64,000 nucleotides of DNA from Paramecium tetraurelia (taxonomy: Eukaryota): NCBI GenBank assembly GCA_000165425.1, contig CT868037.1:1-64000 (forward strand). Direction: 5' to 3'. Numbering within the stretch: position 1 is the first letter of the stretch; every line of letters begins with the position of its first letter. The notes beneath the pieces were generated by a model. The model did not search any database, was not told the origin of the DNA, and saw only the letters and a program-made list of their open reading frames with translations. The position numbers were made by a program, and so were the translations under genes. Shown here in pieces: positions 42,436-56,791 of this stretch.

Positions 42436-42924
42436 TGAAATGTACTATTGACCAAATAATTAGGTTTTGATTTTGATCACATATTCCCTTATAAATAGGC
42501 TTATAAATCAATGATATCATTACATTACATGACGAAATTACAACATTGATGCAAAAATTGATAATTGTAAATTTTTAATTACATTTATTTTTTATTTGGC
42601 AAATTTTGAATTGTCATACATTTGAGACTTTATTCCATAAATGGAGTAAAGTAAATGGCATAAGGATTTTAAGAAAATTTGAACATTTAAATATAGTAGT
42701 TTTATTTTATTTTGAAAAAACAATAGTTATTTGTAAAAATATGAATTAGCAAAGTCTCTCATTAAAATAAATATAGCGATAGACAGAATTTTAAATAATA
42801 TTTGAATGAATATTAAAAAATCATTAAATTTAATTAACAATAATTTTAAGAAAATGAGGAATTCCATTTAATTATTTTTAGTTGTTTTATATTTTTATAC
42901 AATTTCTTAAATAAATATATCTAA

Positions 42925-44494
42925 ATGATTATTCACATAATCTTAGCTCTGTTCTTATTGATGTTCTACCTTTTAGTGGTAAAACCTCTTGTTCCTATGA
43001 TTAAACTAAAAATGTAGTTTGGTGATGCTTGTTTAATGAAATATCATCTATTTGGAGGGGAATTATGGGAAGCATTAAAAGAGATGAAGACTAGCAAAGA
43101 CTTATTTAAAAGACATAGAGACTTATATATGAACCATCCATACAAAATATTTGTAACAAATTTTCTTTGGAAAGTAAGAATAAATGTAGCGGATCCAGAA
43201 TATTATAAATTAATGTTAACTAATCATTAATATTATAGTAAATTTAATAATATCAATCATGAGTATTTATTCAATCATTAAATTAGCAATGTCATTTAAA
43301 ATGGTTTGATTTGTTAGATGGGAGAAAAATGGAGGGCTCAAAGGTTACTTTTAAGTGAATCATTCGATTATGATTAACTTAAAAGTCGTTTACCTATGAT
43401 AAATGAAGTTTGCCTGGATAAAATAAACTCAATTCACGGAGAAAACATCTTAGAATTTCTAGAGTTAATTACAGGACAAGTTGTAATAAGAAGCTTTTTT
43501 GGAAAATCAGCCGATGGAGTACAAATAAATAAAAAGAAGATTCAAATAGAAATAGCAGACTTATTAAATGAATTGGGGGAAGTCAGATTTAAATCAAAAT
43601 ATCTCTTCGTTAAAAGATTCTTTTTGGGTACCAAAAGTTGGGGTTTCTTTCCAACTAACAAAGAGAAAGAGTTACTCTAACGAATTTCTGAAATGAGGCT
43701 TGCTATTGAAAAATTGATTTAAAAGAGAATTGTAGAGATAGAATTAAAAATGGATGAAAATGAAGATGAAATTAAGCAAAGAGAGACTGACTTTTTAGAT
43801 GTTCTTATTAAAGAATATTTAAAATAAAAGAAACAAGGCACTTAAAAAATAACAATTGATGAAATTATATAGTAGTTTATCACTTTGTTTTTTGCTGGTA
43901 CAGATACCACAGCTGTCTTAAGTTATCATTGTCTATATTATATGGCTCAATACCCAGAAATGCAGGATGAAATAAGAGAGGAAGTACTTACAATTTGTAA
44001 AAATGAAAGCATATTGGATGACAAAATCAAACAATTACATAAATTATCTGCATTCATTAATGAAGTGTTGAGATTTAAAAATCCAGCTTTGAGGTTAATG
44101 ATGAGATTTTGCAATCAAACTCATTAAGTAAAAGACCTTACAATCTAGAAGGGTATTCTATTTCATTAAATATCAAGGATGGAGTGTGACAATTGATTAC
44201 TAATTTCCTTAATGGTTGCCTAAACATTTTCCAAATCCTGAAAAATTTGACTATAAAAGATGGTTAGAAAAGGAACCAATAAAAGAAAATCATCAATTTG
44301 TATACCTGCCATTTTCATCAGGACCTAGAAATTGTATTGGATAACACATGGCCTTGATGGAAGCAAAGATTATTTTATCATAGATTCTTAGACAGTATTC
44401 GATCGAAATTAATCACGACGTGGATTCAAGGTGGACAGCTAGATTCCTATATTAATTATAACCAGGAAATTGTGTTAAATTATAGAAGCGATGA
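42925..44494 (+). CDS. Cytochrome P450
   Basis: N-terminal membrane anchor, WRAQR, I-helix [22 protein letters not shown] and heme motif [10 protein letters not shown]. Confidence 0.95.
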
Positions 44495-47326
44495 ATGATT
44501 ATAATAAAAATTAAAAAATTAATTATTTGTTTTTAATATCATAATTTTTTATTGTTTAATCTCCACACTATCAAAAATCTTAAAAAATGCTACCCAATTT
44601 AAAAGAAAAATAATTTAAAATTAGAAGTAAGGCATTTCACAATGTGTAATTGAAATAAGTATTGAAATTTGTTAATCGAGTAAAATTTTAAGTAGAGTGA
44701 TAACATTTCATTAATAAATATTCTCAAACTAGATTAAGAAAGAAATATTTTAAATCCTTGATTAATTCGATTCCTATATTGATCATTTGGATAGCTGTTT
44801 ACAAGAAGAAACAAGGTTTCAAAATCTTATTTCTTACAAAAAAAATAAAACAAATTTACAATAAGTTTTATTAATTTAGATGTCTTGCCTAAACTATAAT
44901 ATAAGGGCGTTCATTTATAATTTTAAGATTAGTACTTGAATCAAGAAATAACATTGTGTAAAATTCTATAATTATTGTTTCCAATAGTATTCCTAGAATC
45001 TTCAGACAAGACAAAGTAGATAAAATAAGTAAAAATACAATTCAGTATTTTAGACAGAAAGTTATTAACTAAATTGCAATGTCTTGAATGAATCTATATC
45101 TATACTATATACAATGCTTATAAACTTAGTTTAATAAATTATTAATTCTTATTACAGATTTTAATAAACCTTACAAGCATTTTATAATTATAATTATATA
45201 AAGCTAAAAGAATTATTGATTATAAAAACTACCAACAAAGGATAATGGTGATTTTTCATCTGATTCCTTGTCTTGTAACTAAGCATATGATTAATGATTG
45301 ATATTTTTGTGCCGATATTCATTCCATAAATATAACATAATAATTATATATTATTGTATTTTATGATACTGAGATTAAATTCTACATCAGCAAAAGTATC
45401 AAATTCTCAATTTGAGCCTTAATGGGAAAACTAATGCAAATGTAAGAATCCTTAAATATCAAATAAAAACAAAGGTATTAATTAAATGCCAAATATCATG
45501 TATTATCAAAATTCCCTAAAGGTCTAGTTTGAAAACTAAATCTAGGATATATTTGGTATGTATGCCTAGAACATTCGCTATTAACATTGGAGTTAAATTT
45601 GACAGTAGAATAATATAGAAAGTAGTTTAAATTATTTGGCAACATTACAATCCTAATTGATTAATAAAGAAGGAATGAATTAGAAGGAGTTTGCCAAAAA
45701 GTCATATTGTCCCTATAAGTGTCATTTTTTTAAATAAAATGATTCTACCAGTTTCAAAGACCTCTAGAAATACAATCTACGAATAATTATAATATAATAT
45801 TAGGATGGTTAACCTGTTTTAAAATCTATTTAAGATTTTATAGGCAATCATTGCCACCCATTGTTATCAAACTTAGAATAACATATAATATACTAATATG
45901 TAATATATATATATATCAATAAAAATAAAAAAATGATCTTCAGGTCTATATCAAAAATTAATGATAATATACATTTTTACAATCAGAAAACAAAGATTTT
46001 TTGCAAAAAATATATATGATTATAATTTATTTTATGTATATTACGCTATACTGTGAATTAGATAAGATACATTCATGCCTGAAGCAATCTATATTCGCTT
46101 ACATATATAAATAATATAATCATCGGTAAGAGTTCAAGAGTATTTGCACTTCTTCTATTGGCTACTATTGTTATTAATACTATTCTATGAGTCGAGTTTA
46201 TAATTCCTATAAATTTATTGATTTGCTGTTGTTTAGAGGTTTTAAATCTCCAACATGTGCCAATAGAAGTAGTGATTTAGTCGTTTTGAATAGTTTAATC
46301 TAGCAAATCTTAAATGGTTTATTAGTAGAACTTAAGGTGACCAAAATCTCGGCCTTATATATATGGTAAAGTTTTATTTTGCCTTCTGTTAAGCATCTAT
46401 CTAATAAAAAATCGATACCCAACACTTACGTTCCTTGCATCTTCATTATATTGAGAGCTATCCATAATTTAGCAAATTAACAAGAAATATATTTATTATC
46501 AAATAATATCTTGGACAAAAATTGAAAATAATCACTTTAGAAGAGTTTTAAAAGGTTTTTCTTCTAAGTCTACTAATTATTTTATCTTTTAGGAGGATTA
46601 TTAACAATAAAATTTTTATGTAGTAAATGTTGAGGTCTCCAATAAAAATTAAAAGTTATCTAGTTTTGGTACAATTAGGGTTGTAAATAATAAGCTAAAA
46701 GCTCAATATGAGAACATCTTTTGTAAAGGTGTGAATTAGCTTTATTAGTAAAAATATTTATATTTTCCTATTTCTATTAAAAATAAAATAGTATGAAATT
46801 ATTTTTTCTATCTCTATTAATTATTTATTAATTGATTGGAGAAATCTTATAATATAACTCCTGGAGCCTTTTGAAGAGTATGAATCGATGTTAGGCTATA
46901 AAATAGAACTATTTTCAGAATTCAAGCTGTTTTCTTAATTTTATATTCAAAAATAGATAAATCTAAATATGCTCACCATTCTTGTCTTCAATAATTTATT
47001 AAATGTATATATTGCTTTTTATTGGAAATGTTAAATCAACACCATTTTACAACCATCTAGTAGCTTAATTTGTAATATTTGGTAATTAATTTCTAATTTC
47101 AAATTTTCCTTTTTTATATTAAATTTAAAAATAAACAGCTTCAAGACCAAAAAGGAATAGTTTATAGAAACTCTTAGTTTTTATGTGAAATTGGAGATCA
47201 TTTTGAATTATGATACGGTGGTATTACACGATTAGGAATAATGTTAAAGGAAGGTGCGGCACATCTATTCATTTTTGTTCTAATATGTTATTATACTTAT
47301 GAAAATAAAATTATAGTTGGATATAA

Positions 47327-48891
47327 TCATTTTCTGCTATTTTGATTGCTTGAGGGAACATAAGCTGAGGATCTACGAGCTGCAGCAACTCTTTATGCTG
47401 GCGTCCTCTCTTCATCAAAATGAGAATTTCTTTATTTTATAATGATTGTAGTTTTATCCTTTCCTGAAATTCGTATTTCTTATTTCTCTTCTAAAATTGG
47501 CATCAGTTTAATTAACTTTGAATTTAACATACTCTATCTCTTACTAAGATTATTATTATATTATATTACGATCTATCAATTTCTGGGTGCAATGGCTACA
47601 TCCTTTTTGGTGGACTGCTTTTGGGTCTCTGGAAATCTCTAAACACAGGAATGCCATCCTCTCCATATTCCACCTCCATTATTTTAGATTCAAGAATTTC
47701 TCTGCAAGATGGTCTATCTTATGGATTCTGGGATAGAATCTTTTACAAAAGCACAGTTAATGAATGGCTCTAATTGAGGTCTTTTTCCAATTAAGCAAAA
47801 TCAATTTTCATCTCCATATTTGTCTGCTTTACTGGTTAAGCAAAGAGGGGATGGCCAATAAGAAGATAATAAAGTATACAACCTAAGGAGAAAACGTCGC
47901 ATTTTTCATCATACGTAGCATTATCATCATTTTCTGTCAGAAATACTTCTGGGGCCATGTAACCTGGAGTGCCACAATATTAATATATAGCCATTCTTTA
48001 TTGTTTTGGAGTGGAGATACCAAAGTCACTGATCATGATATTATTACCTACATTTATGAGACCATACCTCTTAAGAGGGATGAAATCTCTAAAAAGTATA
48101 TTATCTGGTTTCAAATCTCTATGAATTATGCCCTAATCATGAATATATTGTACACCTTCAAGTATCTATCGAAATATCACTTTTGCACTTAAGAATGGAA
48201 CTGGGGCATTCAGTACTTTTAAAGCATATTCAAGTGTGCCTCCTCTTGCCAAGTCCAATATTAAATAGACTTGAGCTTTATTCTCAAAGACTTCATGTAA
48301 ATTGATAAGATTTGGATGATTGAGTTTACGCATGACATTGATTTCATTTTCTACTTAATCTCTTCCCTTTGGGTCTTGGAACACTTGTTTTTTGTAAAAT
48401 GCTTTAGCTGCATAAGATTACTGATCATTCTTTCCTTTTGCTTCATAGACAGATGCAAATGATCCTTTACCAATTAGCTTACTAATTTCATAATGCGTTT
48501 GATAATCCAGCATGTGTAGCTTGTTTCTGAGATGATCAAACCAATACATAGTTTAGAAGTTGAAGTTGTAGAATTCAACCGAATTACAATCATCCCTTTC
48601 AAGAGTAAGTTTGTATATTTGTGTATGGAATTCATCTCCTTTCATTTGTTTATGTATTTGTTTTGAAGTTTATTCAGCTTTGACTGAGAATCTCACCTCA
48701 CAATTGAGTTTAAGTATGTACACTTTCGCTTTATTATTGCTGACTTTATAGATGAAATCATTGCTACATAAAAGCAAAGTGACTTCTTTGTGATTACTCA
48801 TCTTGAAAAACGAAGTTTTAAAAAGGATATTGTCTTATGGAATTGGTGCATCATATTTTACAAATAGCTTAGTTAATTATTGTTAATACAT
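47327..48891 (-). CDS. CAMK-group Ser/Thr kinase with N-terminal extension (possibly PH-like)
   Basis: [36 protein letters not shown] and [10 protein letters not shown] motifs. Confidence 0.92.
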
Positions 48892-48918
48892 ATTAATATA
48901 AATGATTCATAGTTCAAG

Positions 48919-51780
48919 TCATAGTGATTCTTTAGCTTACAATTAGACTTTTTATAATTTGTAAACTTGTCTATTCAAAGCTGACTTTTAGATCAAGAAA
49001 CCTAATTTTGCATAAAATCTTAGTAAGTGTGAACATTATTCACCACATTGTCTTTAATGATTCTATCTCAACTTTGATAAGTATTCATTAAACTCCTCTT
49101 ATTTTATCTCCTCTCCCTCTCCTTTATTAAAGAACTTTTTGATTTAATTGACAGCCTCCTAAAATTATGGATCATTCTTGCCTTTTCCTTGTTGCAGTTT
49201 CTTAAATGCTTCTTTGTCTAATTCATTAAAATCAGGTTTATCAATAATAATTTGAGAGTTCTATTTCTTCTATTAAAATTACTCTTAAGTTTATGTGAAT
49301 AATGGCATTTAACCCTCAGTCTAAATTCCAATATCTATGACAACAACAGATTACAACTCTGCTCGCGGTAATCTCTTTTATGATTATCTAATTTATTTTA
49401 ATTCAGGATTTAATCCATCATTCTCCATGACTTCAAATTCTTGAATAATCTCTTCTCCTAGAGCATTGATTCTCTTTTTAATTAAAATTCTTTAACCAAA
49501 TTCATCAACTCGATCTTCTTCAATTATCTTCTCATTATTTTCATCAAAATATGACCTTTGATGAATATGTCTCTTAGCACCATTAGATAGGTTGATTGTT
49601 TACTATTGATATTCAACAGAATTCTTAGTGAAATTTGTTGTCTGAATTTTCATGTTATTTTCGTGATCAACCATATGGATAGACTCTTAGCCATGTTCAT
49701 CAACTAACACCTTCTACTCAATAGTCTTTCCATACTTGGTAATTCTTTCAATTCTTTCATTAGGTCCAACTTATATAATAATTTGTTTGCCTATTTCCAA
49801 CCCATCCAAAGTGATAACAGTTTCAATAGTTTATTTACCATCTTCATTTTTAAAAGTCTTTTGCATTTACACTTCCTTTGTTCTCATATTCATTTTCCTT
49901 TGACATTCCACTTATTATCCCTTTTCATTGATATATGTATATTTGGTCACTTGAATTTCATCTCCAAACTCATCATTAAACACAGCCTCGGTTTTATCTT
50001 TGTATTGTTTCAATACGATACTAGATCTCCTTCCATTAGGATGAATAGTGATCTCATCTATTTTCTTACTTTAATCATCTCCATTCACGTATATCTTTCT
50101 CATTATTTTGACTCCTCCTTATTTAACTTCTTCCTCATGCTAATACATTTCCCCATTATCATCCTTCAAAACCTACTTAGTAATCGATTCCACAACTTCA
50201 TGTTTACTGTTTCTTCTGATAATCTTTAATGTATCCTAACCATATTTTTATTTCTCCAATATTCTCATCACACTACCATTCTCAGTTGTCCTCTCCTCTA
50301 TAATTGATTCTTTATGATCTAATCTCTTTGCCGACAATCTAATCCCTACTGATTGTCCCTTGTCCTCATATAACAATTATCCATTCTACTAATATACTTT
50401 ATACTAATGTTTTCCATCTGCCTATTAAGCGATCCACTCCTCTTCTAATTGCTTATTCCCATCAACAGATTTCACTCTAACAATCTTTTTAGCTTATGCA
50501 GTATTAACTTCATATTAAGTAACATCATCTGATTTTTAAATTACCTTAACCTTCTAATTTCCATACTTAGCCACAATCCATTCATTTTCATCTATAGTTT
50601 GTTCCTTTGATTTGATTTACTTAATCAATTCTTCTTATTCCAACATAATTTCTTATTGAGGATCACTTTATCTGGCTCTGCTTTTGATTACTTCCCCACT
50701 CTCGACATCTACAACTACCTCCTCTATCACTTGTTAACCATTAATCTCTTTAACTCTAAATTCTATTCTCTTATTCTATAGTAATTCTGGATCAAATTCA
50801 GGATCATATTCTATAATTCCTGCCTCTATGGCCTTTCTCTTATGCTCCTACAATTGTACTTGCTTAATGATGTCACCCAAAGGAGGAAGATTCTCTTTCA
50901 GCTCTTTCGATTTAAATTCCTTAGTTGCTTCAATCTGAGCTATTTTTTGTTGTAAAACTTAAGATACATGTTACAAAGATTATTATGCAAAATATTTAAC
51001 TTTTAATGCTGGTGTGTCTTAATTCACATCTTAAAAGATCTCAGTTTATTTTTAACATGCCTAAATTCCTTCATCTATAATCTACTTTACACTATCATAT
51101 TAGGAATGTAAATAATAGTAATTTACAAAATGGTTTCTCAATTCCGATGTAGCTTGGAGTGAAAATTTTGATGGAACACTTTCAGTTTGTGTTTCTGCAT
51201 CAAAAGTATCTGATTTACTTATTCTTTGATTCTCATTTTCATTGCTATTTGAGTTTTGTAATAACAATTCATCTAATTCAACCTAACATGCTTTTGATGT
51301 CTTATAGACAAATTGATCTTCATCATCTGATAGTTTTCTAATCTTCCTTTCCAATACTACATGATCCATTTTTGAATTCAGTTCAACTCCATCTCTTTTC
51401 AATTAATCCAAGTATTTTTTGTAGTGTGCTTATTTAGAGTCTTACTTCGAGGGCATTTTACGATAATGATCACACAATGAACAATTGATCAATCTGAGAG
51501 ATCTTCTTCTTTAAGCCCTTTATTAGAACAGTTTTTTGGTCACTTCATCAAAATCATTGTCTTTGAGACACTTAATCAATTGGGTGATCAATTGAAACAC
51601 CTTAATTGTTTAACCTCTGAACTCTTCTCTTATGTAAGGCACAATCGACTAAATCACAATCCAAGATATGGTGTGGACTGAATGAAATACGTGTTGCAAT
51701 TTGTCCTGCTCTATCGTCAAAACATCGTCACTTAGTTTCTTGAGAATTACATCCAATTTATGAGCCAATTCTTTTTCCAT
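48919..51780 (-). CDS. Hypothetical 953-aa charged protein
   Basis: MEKELAHKLD start to TGA spans 2,862 nt (a multiple of 3). The centre is rich in K/E/V/I with repeated DG/NG turns; the C-terminus has HQRQCGEQCSHLLRFYAKLGF. Confidence 0.7.
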
Positions 51781-51808
51781 TTTATAATTTGAATAATATT
51801 TTAATGTA

Positions 51809-53177
51809 TCAAAATTGTTTAGGCAATAGATACTTCGGAACATCATTAAATTTTGGAGGGATATTATAGGCTCCTGGACCTGGAATGACGTCCTTCTTTA
51901 TTAAGCCTTGACGAATGTCTTTAGAGAATCCCCATTAAGGACCTTCGAGAGATGATTTAACCGAATATTGTCCAGGCCCTGGGAAATATTGAGTTAATAG
52001 TTATTTTGATTTGTGTTCTGGCACTATTCTCACTGAACCATCCTTGTGTTTGCATACTGAATCATCTGGGTTGTACTAACCTGGTCCTGGAATGAATGAA
52101 GAATTATTGGGATTATACTTCGATCCCTTCATCGAGACCATCTACGTATTCTAATTCTTCGGCATCGAATACTATCCAGGTCCAGGAGTTATCGTAACCG
52201 AGTCATTGAGATCCTTCCTCAGTGCTTAAGGCATTTTGAAAGACGGAGCTGACTTCTACAACGAGTTTAGACTATCCAATCTCCTAAAAATAATCAAATC
52301 AATCACTTACTCTCTATAATATTGTCCAGGACCAGGAACCAGTTTGTCCATAGCATTTTATGTATTCCTCAATTCAGAGCCTATCTTATAAGAAGGATAA
52401 TGAGATTTGATAGTTGATACGTCCTAATCATATGCCCCAGGACCTGGCTGATAGGAACTATAATCCTTGTTCTATAGTTTCTATTTGATCGTGAAGTTTT
52501 TGGATAGGTTGAGCAGACTCTTTAAATGATAAGCCCCAGGTCCTGGCTACAGATCTTGCTTCCTCATATCCGGAGATCTTTAAGATGTCCCTATTACCCA
52601 GGAAGGTTAAGATTTCTCTAATAATAACTTTGCTGCTTTGTCAATATTGTATTCTAAGAATTATATTCTAAGTTACATCCAGGTCCAGGAGACATTCCCC
52701 CTTCTAAAGATGTCAATCTAGGTTAGGTAGGAAATTTAATTGAATTGCTGGAGATATAGGAACTGTTCAAATCATATTGTCCAGGACCAGGGATCAAGTC
52801 CTTTTGAGAAGTGTGATGTTTAAGACCCAAAGTGTACATGGGCTACTTTTTGTAAACAGAACTGAAGCTTTCATCATTATAGTTTCCCGGTCCAGGTGAC
52901 ATCGAAGCTTACTTGGTTTCGTGTTTTCCACTTATTGTGTATTTTGGTCCTTCAATTAGTTTGGATTGATAGCCATATTGTCCAGGTCCAGGTCCTATTG
53001 ATGTAGATCGACCAGCCCTTTGAGCTGCCCCACCGATACTACTGTAATAATTTGGTCTTACGTCCATTGAGGCGCTTGTAGCTTGGAAATCAATTTCGGA
53101 AGATAGGCGTTGGGGGCAGGTGCTATTGTTTTGAGAGCAGGATCAGATCTTTTGGCTTAGCCTATTGAATAAACCAT
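51809..53177 (-). CDS. SHIPPO-repeat (ODF3/STPG-like) ciliary protein
   Basis: About 11 PGPG(Q/A/N)Y repeats plus one PAPNAY; three tiny introns. Confidence 0.9.
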
Positions 53178-53207
53178 TCTTTATTAATTAAATTAATCTC
53201 AATTTCA

Positions 53208-54824
53208 TCAATAAGTTTCAATCTCATTCTGGGTCTTCTCCAAAATATTCACACATTCATCAATCCAATCTCTCACTTCTTGATTGTTTACATTTTGGTA
53301 TAAAGTCAGCAATTTGTCTTGGATGTTGTGTACATTTAGTTGATTCATCATGTAAACTTGTGATTTAATCTTATCATCTCCTGGGATCTAAATTGATGCT
53401 GTGTAATATTCAATGGATTGCAATAAGATCCACAAAGATTTCAAAGTGGAAATTAGAATGTCATTGTTAAGATATTCTAAAATGCGTGAAATCAAGCTTA
53501 AGATCTTGTTATTGATGAAATTTTGATTCATTTCAATCTTTTCGTATTGCAACATACTGTAGATCAAGTTGACTCCATTCAAAATCTGCTATTGTTCTGT
53601 CTAGATAGTTATTGATATGATCTTCTCAATCACATAAGGCATTTTAGACAACTGAATTGCAAAGGTCTCGTTGAGATTGCATAAATTGGTCAACGATATC
53701 ATTGATTTCAATCTATATTCCTTCTCATAAGAAGACAAGTATGTGACATAGACTTCCATTAGATTGTATTTGTTGTCCAGCTTCTTGACTTATTCGTAGT
53801 CGTTCATGGTACTCAATGCAAAGATTATCTCCAAGGAAGTCGAATGCAGATGTACCAGATCCTATTTTTGGGACACTATCTCAACGATTTTCTAAAAGGA
53901 AGTCAGACCAATTATCATCGGTATTGCATCTATTTGGTATTGGCTGATGTTCCTCAAGGCACTTAAACTATGAATGAAGTTTTCAACGTCATTTGATTGT
54001 AATTATTTATCGAGAATTTGCAATGACAATTCCAATTCCTCCTTGTTCAGAAATTCTCTATTCCCTGTCAGAGTGTCCAATACCCAAACAACTGTGTTCA
54101 AATGCATTGATACTTAGAGTAAATGCTTCAAACCAAAATGCTATTTGAATTTTTGAACCAATATTTGTTAATCGTAAAATGCATTCCCTAAAGCATACAA
54201 ACACTAATATTTAAGTTCAATCATACTGAATCAACTAATGGAGCATTCTTTGAAATTAGCAATCTCCCAAAATTCTTAGTTATCACATCACTCAACACAT
54301 TCAACATTGGCAAGTATGAGGAAAAGTATAATCGTGAATTTTTATCCATCATACCAAAAAAATTAGCTAAAATTGTAGCTCCTTCCACTTATAATTGAGA
54401 AGCATGATCGAATTGCTCATTCAATAGAACAAGAATATATCTACATCACACTAATCTTTATACTCTATAAAATCATTCTTAAACAAACAAAGAGAGAATG
54501 CCTCCCCTCGTTAATCCAAGTTCTGTAATTTCCTCAATCTCTTTAAATTGTTCAGCATCTTATCAAAATCATCTGGCAATCTGTTTCTGTAGATATCAAT
54601 GCACTCTTTCATCAACTCTGTGATGTACTAATCTAATTACTAATTTCAATTATATTTCGTACCTCAGGATTCAATTAGATGTGTTCGGGTGTTTCGTTTT
54701 ATTTTTAAATGATTCTTTTCGATTTGAAGATCTCCTCTCTCTTCTCCTTTCGAAGCTATATATGAAACAATTCTTTTTTATTTTACAGCAACAAATTAGT
54801 TGAGGTATTTTAATTTGTTTACAT
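53208..54824 (-). CDS. Importin-alpha-like armadillo-repeat protein (divergent)
   Basis: IBB-like FHIQLRKEKREEIFKSKR, then ARM-like segments LQVEGATILAN, CLYALGN, VCWVL and SLSALRNIS. Confidence 0.7.
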
Positions 54825-55171
54825 TTAATTATTATTAAATTCTCATCATTCAATATACTAGTATTTTCTAATTAAATTTCCACTACAATTTTATCTATTA
54901 CCTTAAATAACCAAAAGAATGACTAAATTTTCATTATTTATGGGTTATTGCTCTAGTTAAATGTCATTGTTTAATTAATACATAGATGACAAAATATAAA
55001 TGATTAAGAATAGAATTTGAAATAATAGGATATCGGATGATCTTATGTGGAAAAAAATGGAGAAGAATAATATTTCATATAATTTGTAATAGAACATTGA
55101 TTTAAATTAAATTTATAAGAATATTTATAGTATATTAAAATAAGAATAATTAAATATTTATATATAATTTA

Positions 55172-55798
55172 ATGAATTAAACATAAACTAACTTGTCACA
55201 AGTTAGATAAAAAGAGAAAGTGTCATTGAATGATGGATTACCTAAAATAGACCCTAGAACTGTAATTGAAGAACTTAAAAGCCATTTGTATTCAGATGAC
55301 AATTTTAAAAAGTGTTATTTATTATCGATATAGACTGTTTTCTGATGCAGAAGATAAGAAATACAGAGAAAATTTTTAATTGTTTGATAGAGATAGTGAT
55401 GAAAGAATTAATTTTACTGAATTACAAGAACTATTGACTTCAATTGGTTATGTTTATGATGAATAAGAATTGAGTGAATTGTATAAAGAGTTAGAAGATT
55501 CAGAAGGTTAAGGTATCAGGTCAGATGCTTTGTTCATTCTCGTGAGCAAGAAAAAGAGGGAGCAAGACAGAGAAGAATAATTGATCGAGGGTACTAATCA
55601 TATATTATAAAAACAGCATTTAAATCAGTTGATTTAGAAAATACAGGGTATATTTAGAGTGAATACTTTAAAGAATTATTGATGACATTGGGATATCGAT
55701 TTACAGAAGATGAAGCAGATGAGTATATGAAATTTATTGATCCTAAAAATGAGGGAAAATTCCTTTACATTGACATTGTTAAGAAAATACTTAAATGA
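55172..55798 (+). CDS. Calmodulin/centrin-like EF-hand protein
   Basis: FQLFDRDSDERINFTELQELL, LIEAFKSVDLENTGYIQSEYFKELLMTLG and DPKNEGKFLY; two tiny introns. Confidence 0.85.
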
Positions 55799-56791
55799 AT
55801 TATTATACATCTAAAATAAACTCATCTAAAATTGAAAAGTTGACTTTTGGCAACATTATGGACTCGCAAAAATACCATAAAAGTAAAAATTACTATAATA
55901 ATGCTTCATATATGCAGTGTAACAATGATGCAAATGATTTTTTTGGAATCATAATATTTCTTGCATAAATAACTTATTTATCTTTTAGCTCTTTGTTTTT
56001 ATTTATATTTACTCATCATTTATTTTATTAACAATTAAAGTTCCTAAAATTTAGTACCTTGTTCATTAACCTAACTTTCTAAATCCAGGGTGGACTATAA
56101 ATAACTTTTTTCATCCTTAATTCTTCCACAATCAAATTTATCTTTTCTATTCTTCCTTTAGAGATTCATTCAAGAATATATATAGTACCGATTAAATTTA
56201 TATAAATTTACTGAAAACACAAGGCCATAAATTACAAGGAAAGTATTTTACAATCCAATAACCATAATTTCTTAATGAGATTGGATTTGCAGTCAAAAAT
56301 CAATTTCAACTTCCTTTTTTCCATATTCAACCTATGATTTATTAGTTTGTATCATGGATGATATTAAACAACCAGGAATTCCAACTGCAATAAATACTTG
56401 CAGAGGAAAAAGAACATAGAATCCATTTAAAAAGTTAATTTTGGACAATTCTATCTCTTCTAACTTTTGAACGGTTGAATATCTAAGAAGTGTAAGTATT
56501 ATAATTAAGAGTATTTCTAGTGGAAATATTCATTAGATATTTCTGAAGTTTAAAAATAATTATGATGAAAGCCAAAATATTGATATCAATTGTTTTTGTG
56601 ATTCCTGTTGATACCTAGTGTTATTTTGTACAAGCGTTTTATGATAGCTATGTTAGATCTGATGCAATAATTATTTCTAACTATTAACTTCTTCAAAAGT
56701 GACATATTAAATGTATGTAATTAATACAATCCCATTTAAATATCTTGATTTGATTGATCTTCAAATCAATCATTTTTATTATTCAATCTTA

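Noticed and set aside
49783..50229. 148-aa hydrophobic plus-strand ORF and similar short track ORFs
   Set aside because: These are antisense shadows or out-of-frame fragments produced by using the standard code. The real genes are on the other strand or frame.
51870..53000. Periodic CCAGGACC/TCCAGG motifs as a CRISPR-like or satellite array
   Set aside because: They encode the PGPG repeats of the SHIPPO/ODF3 protein.
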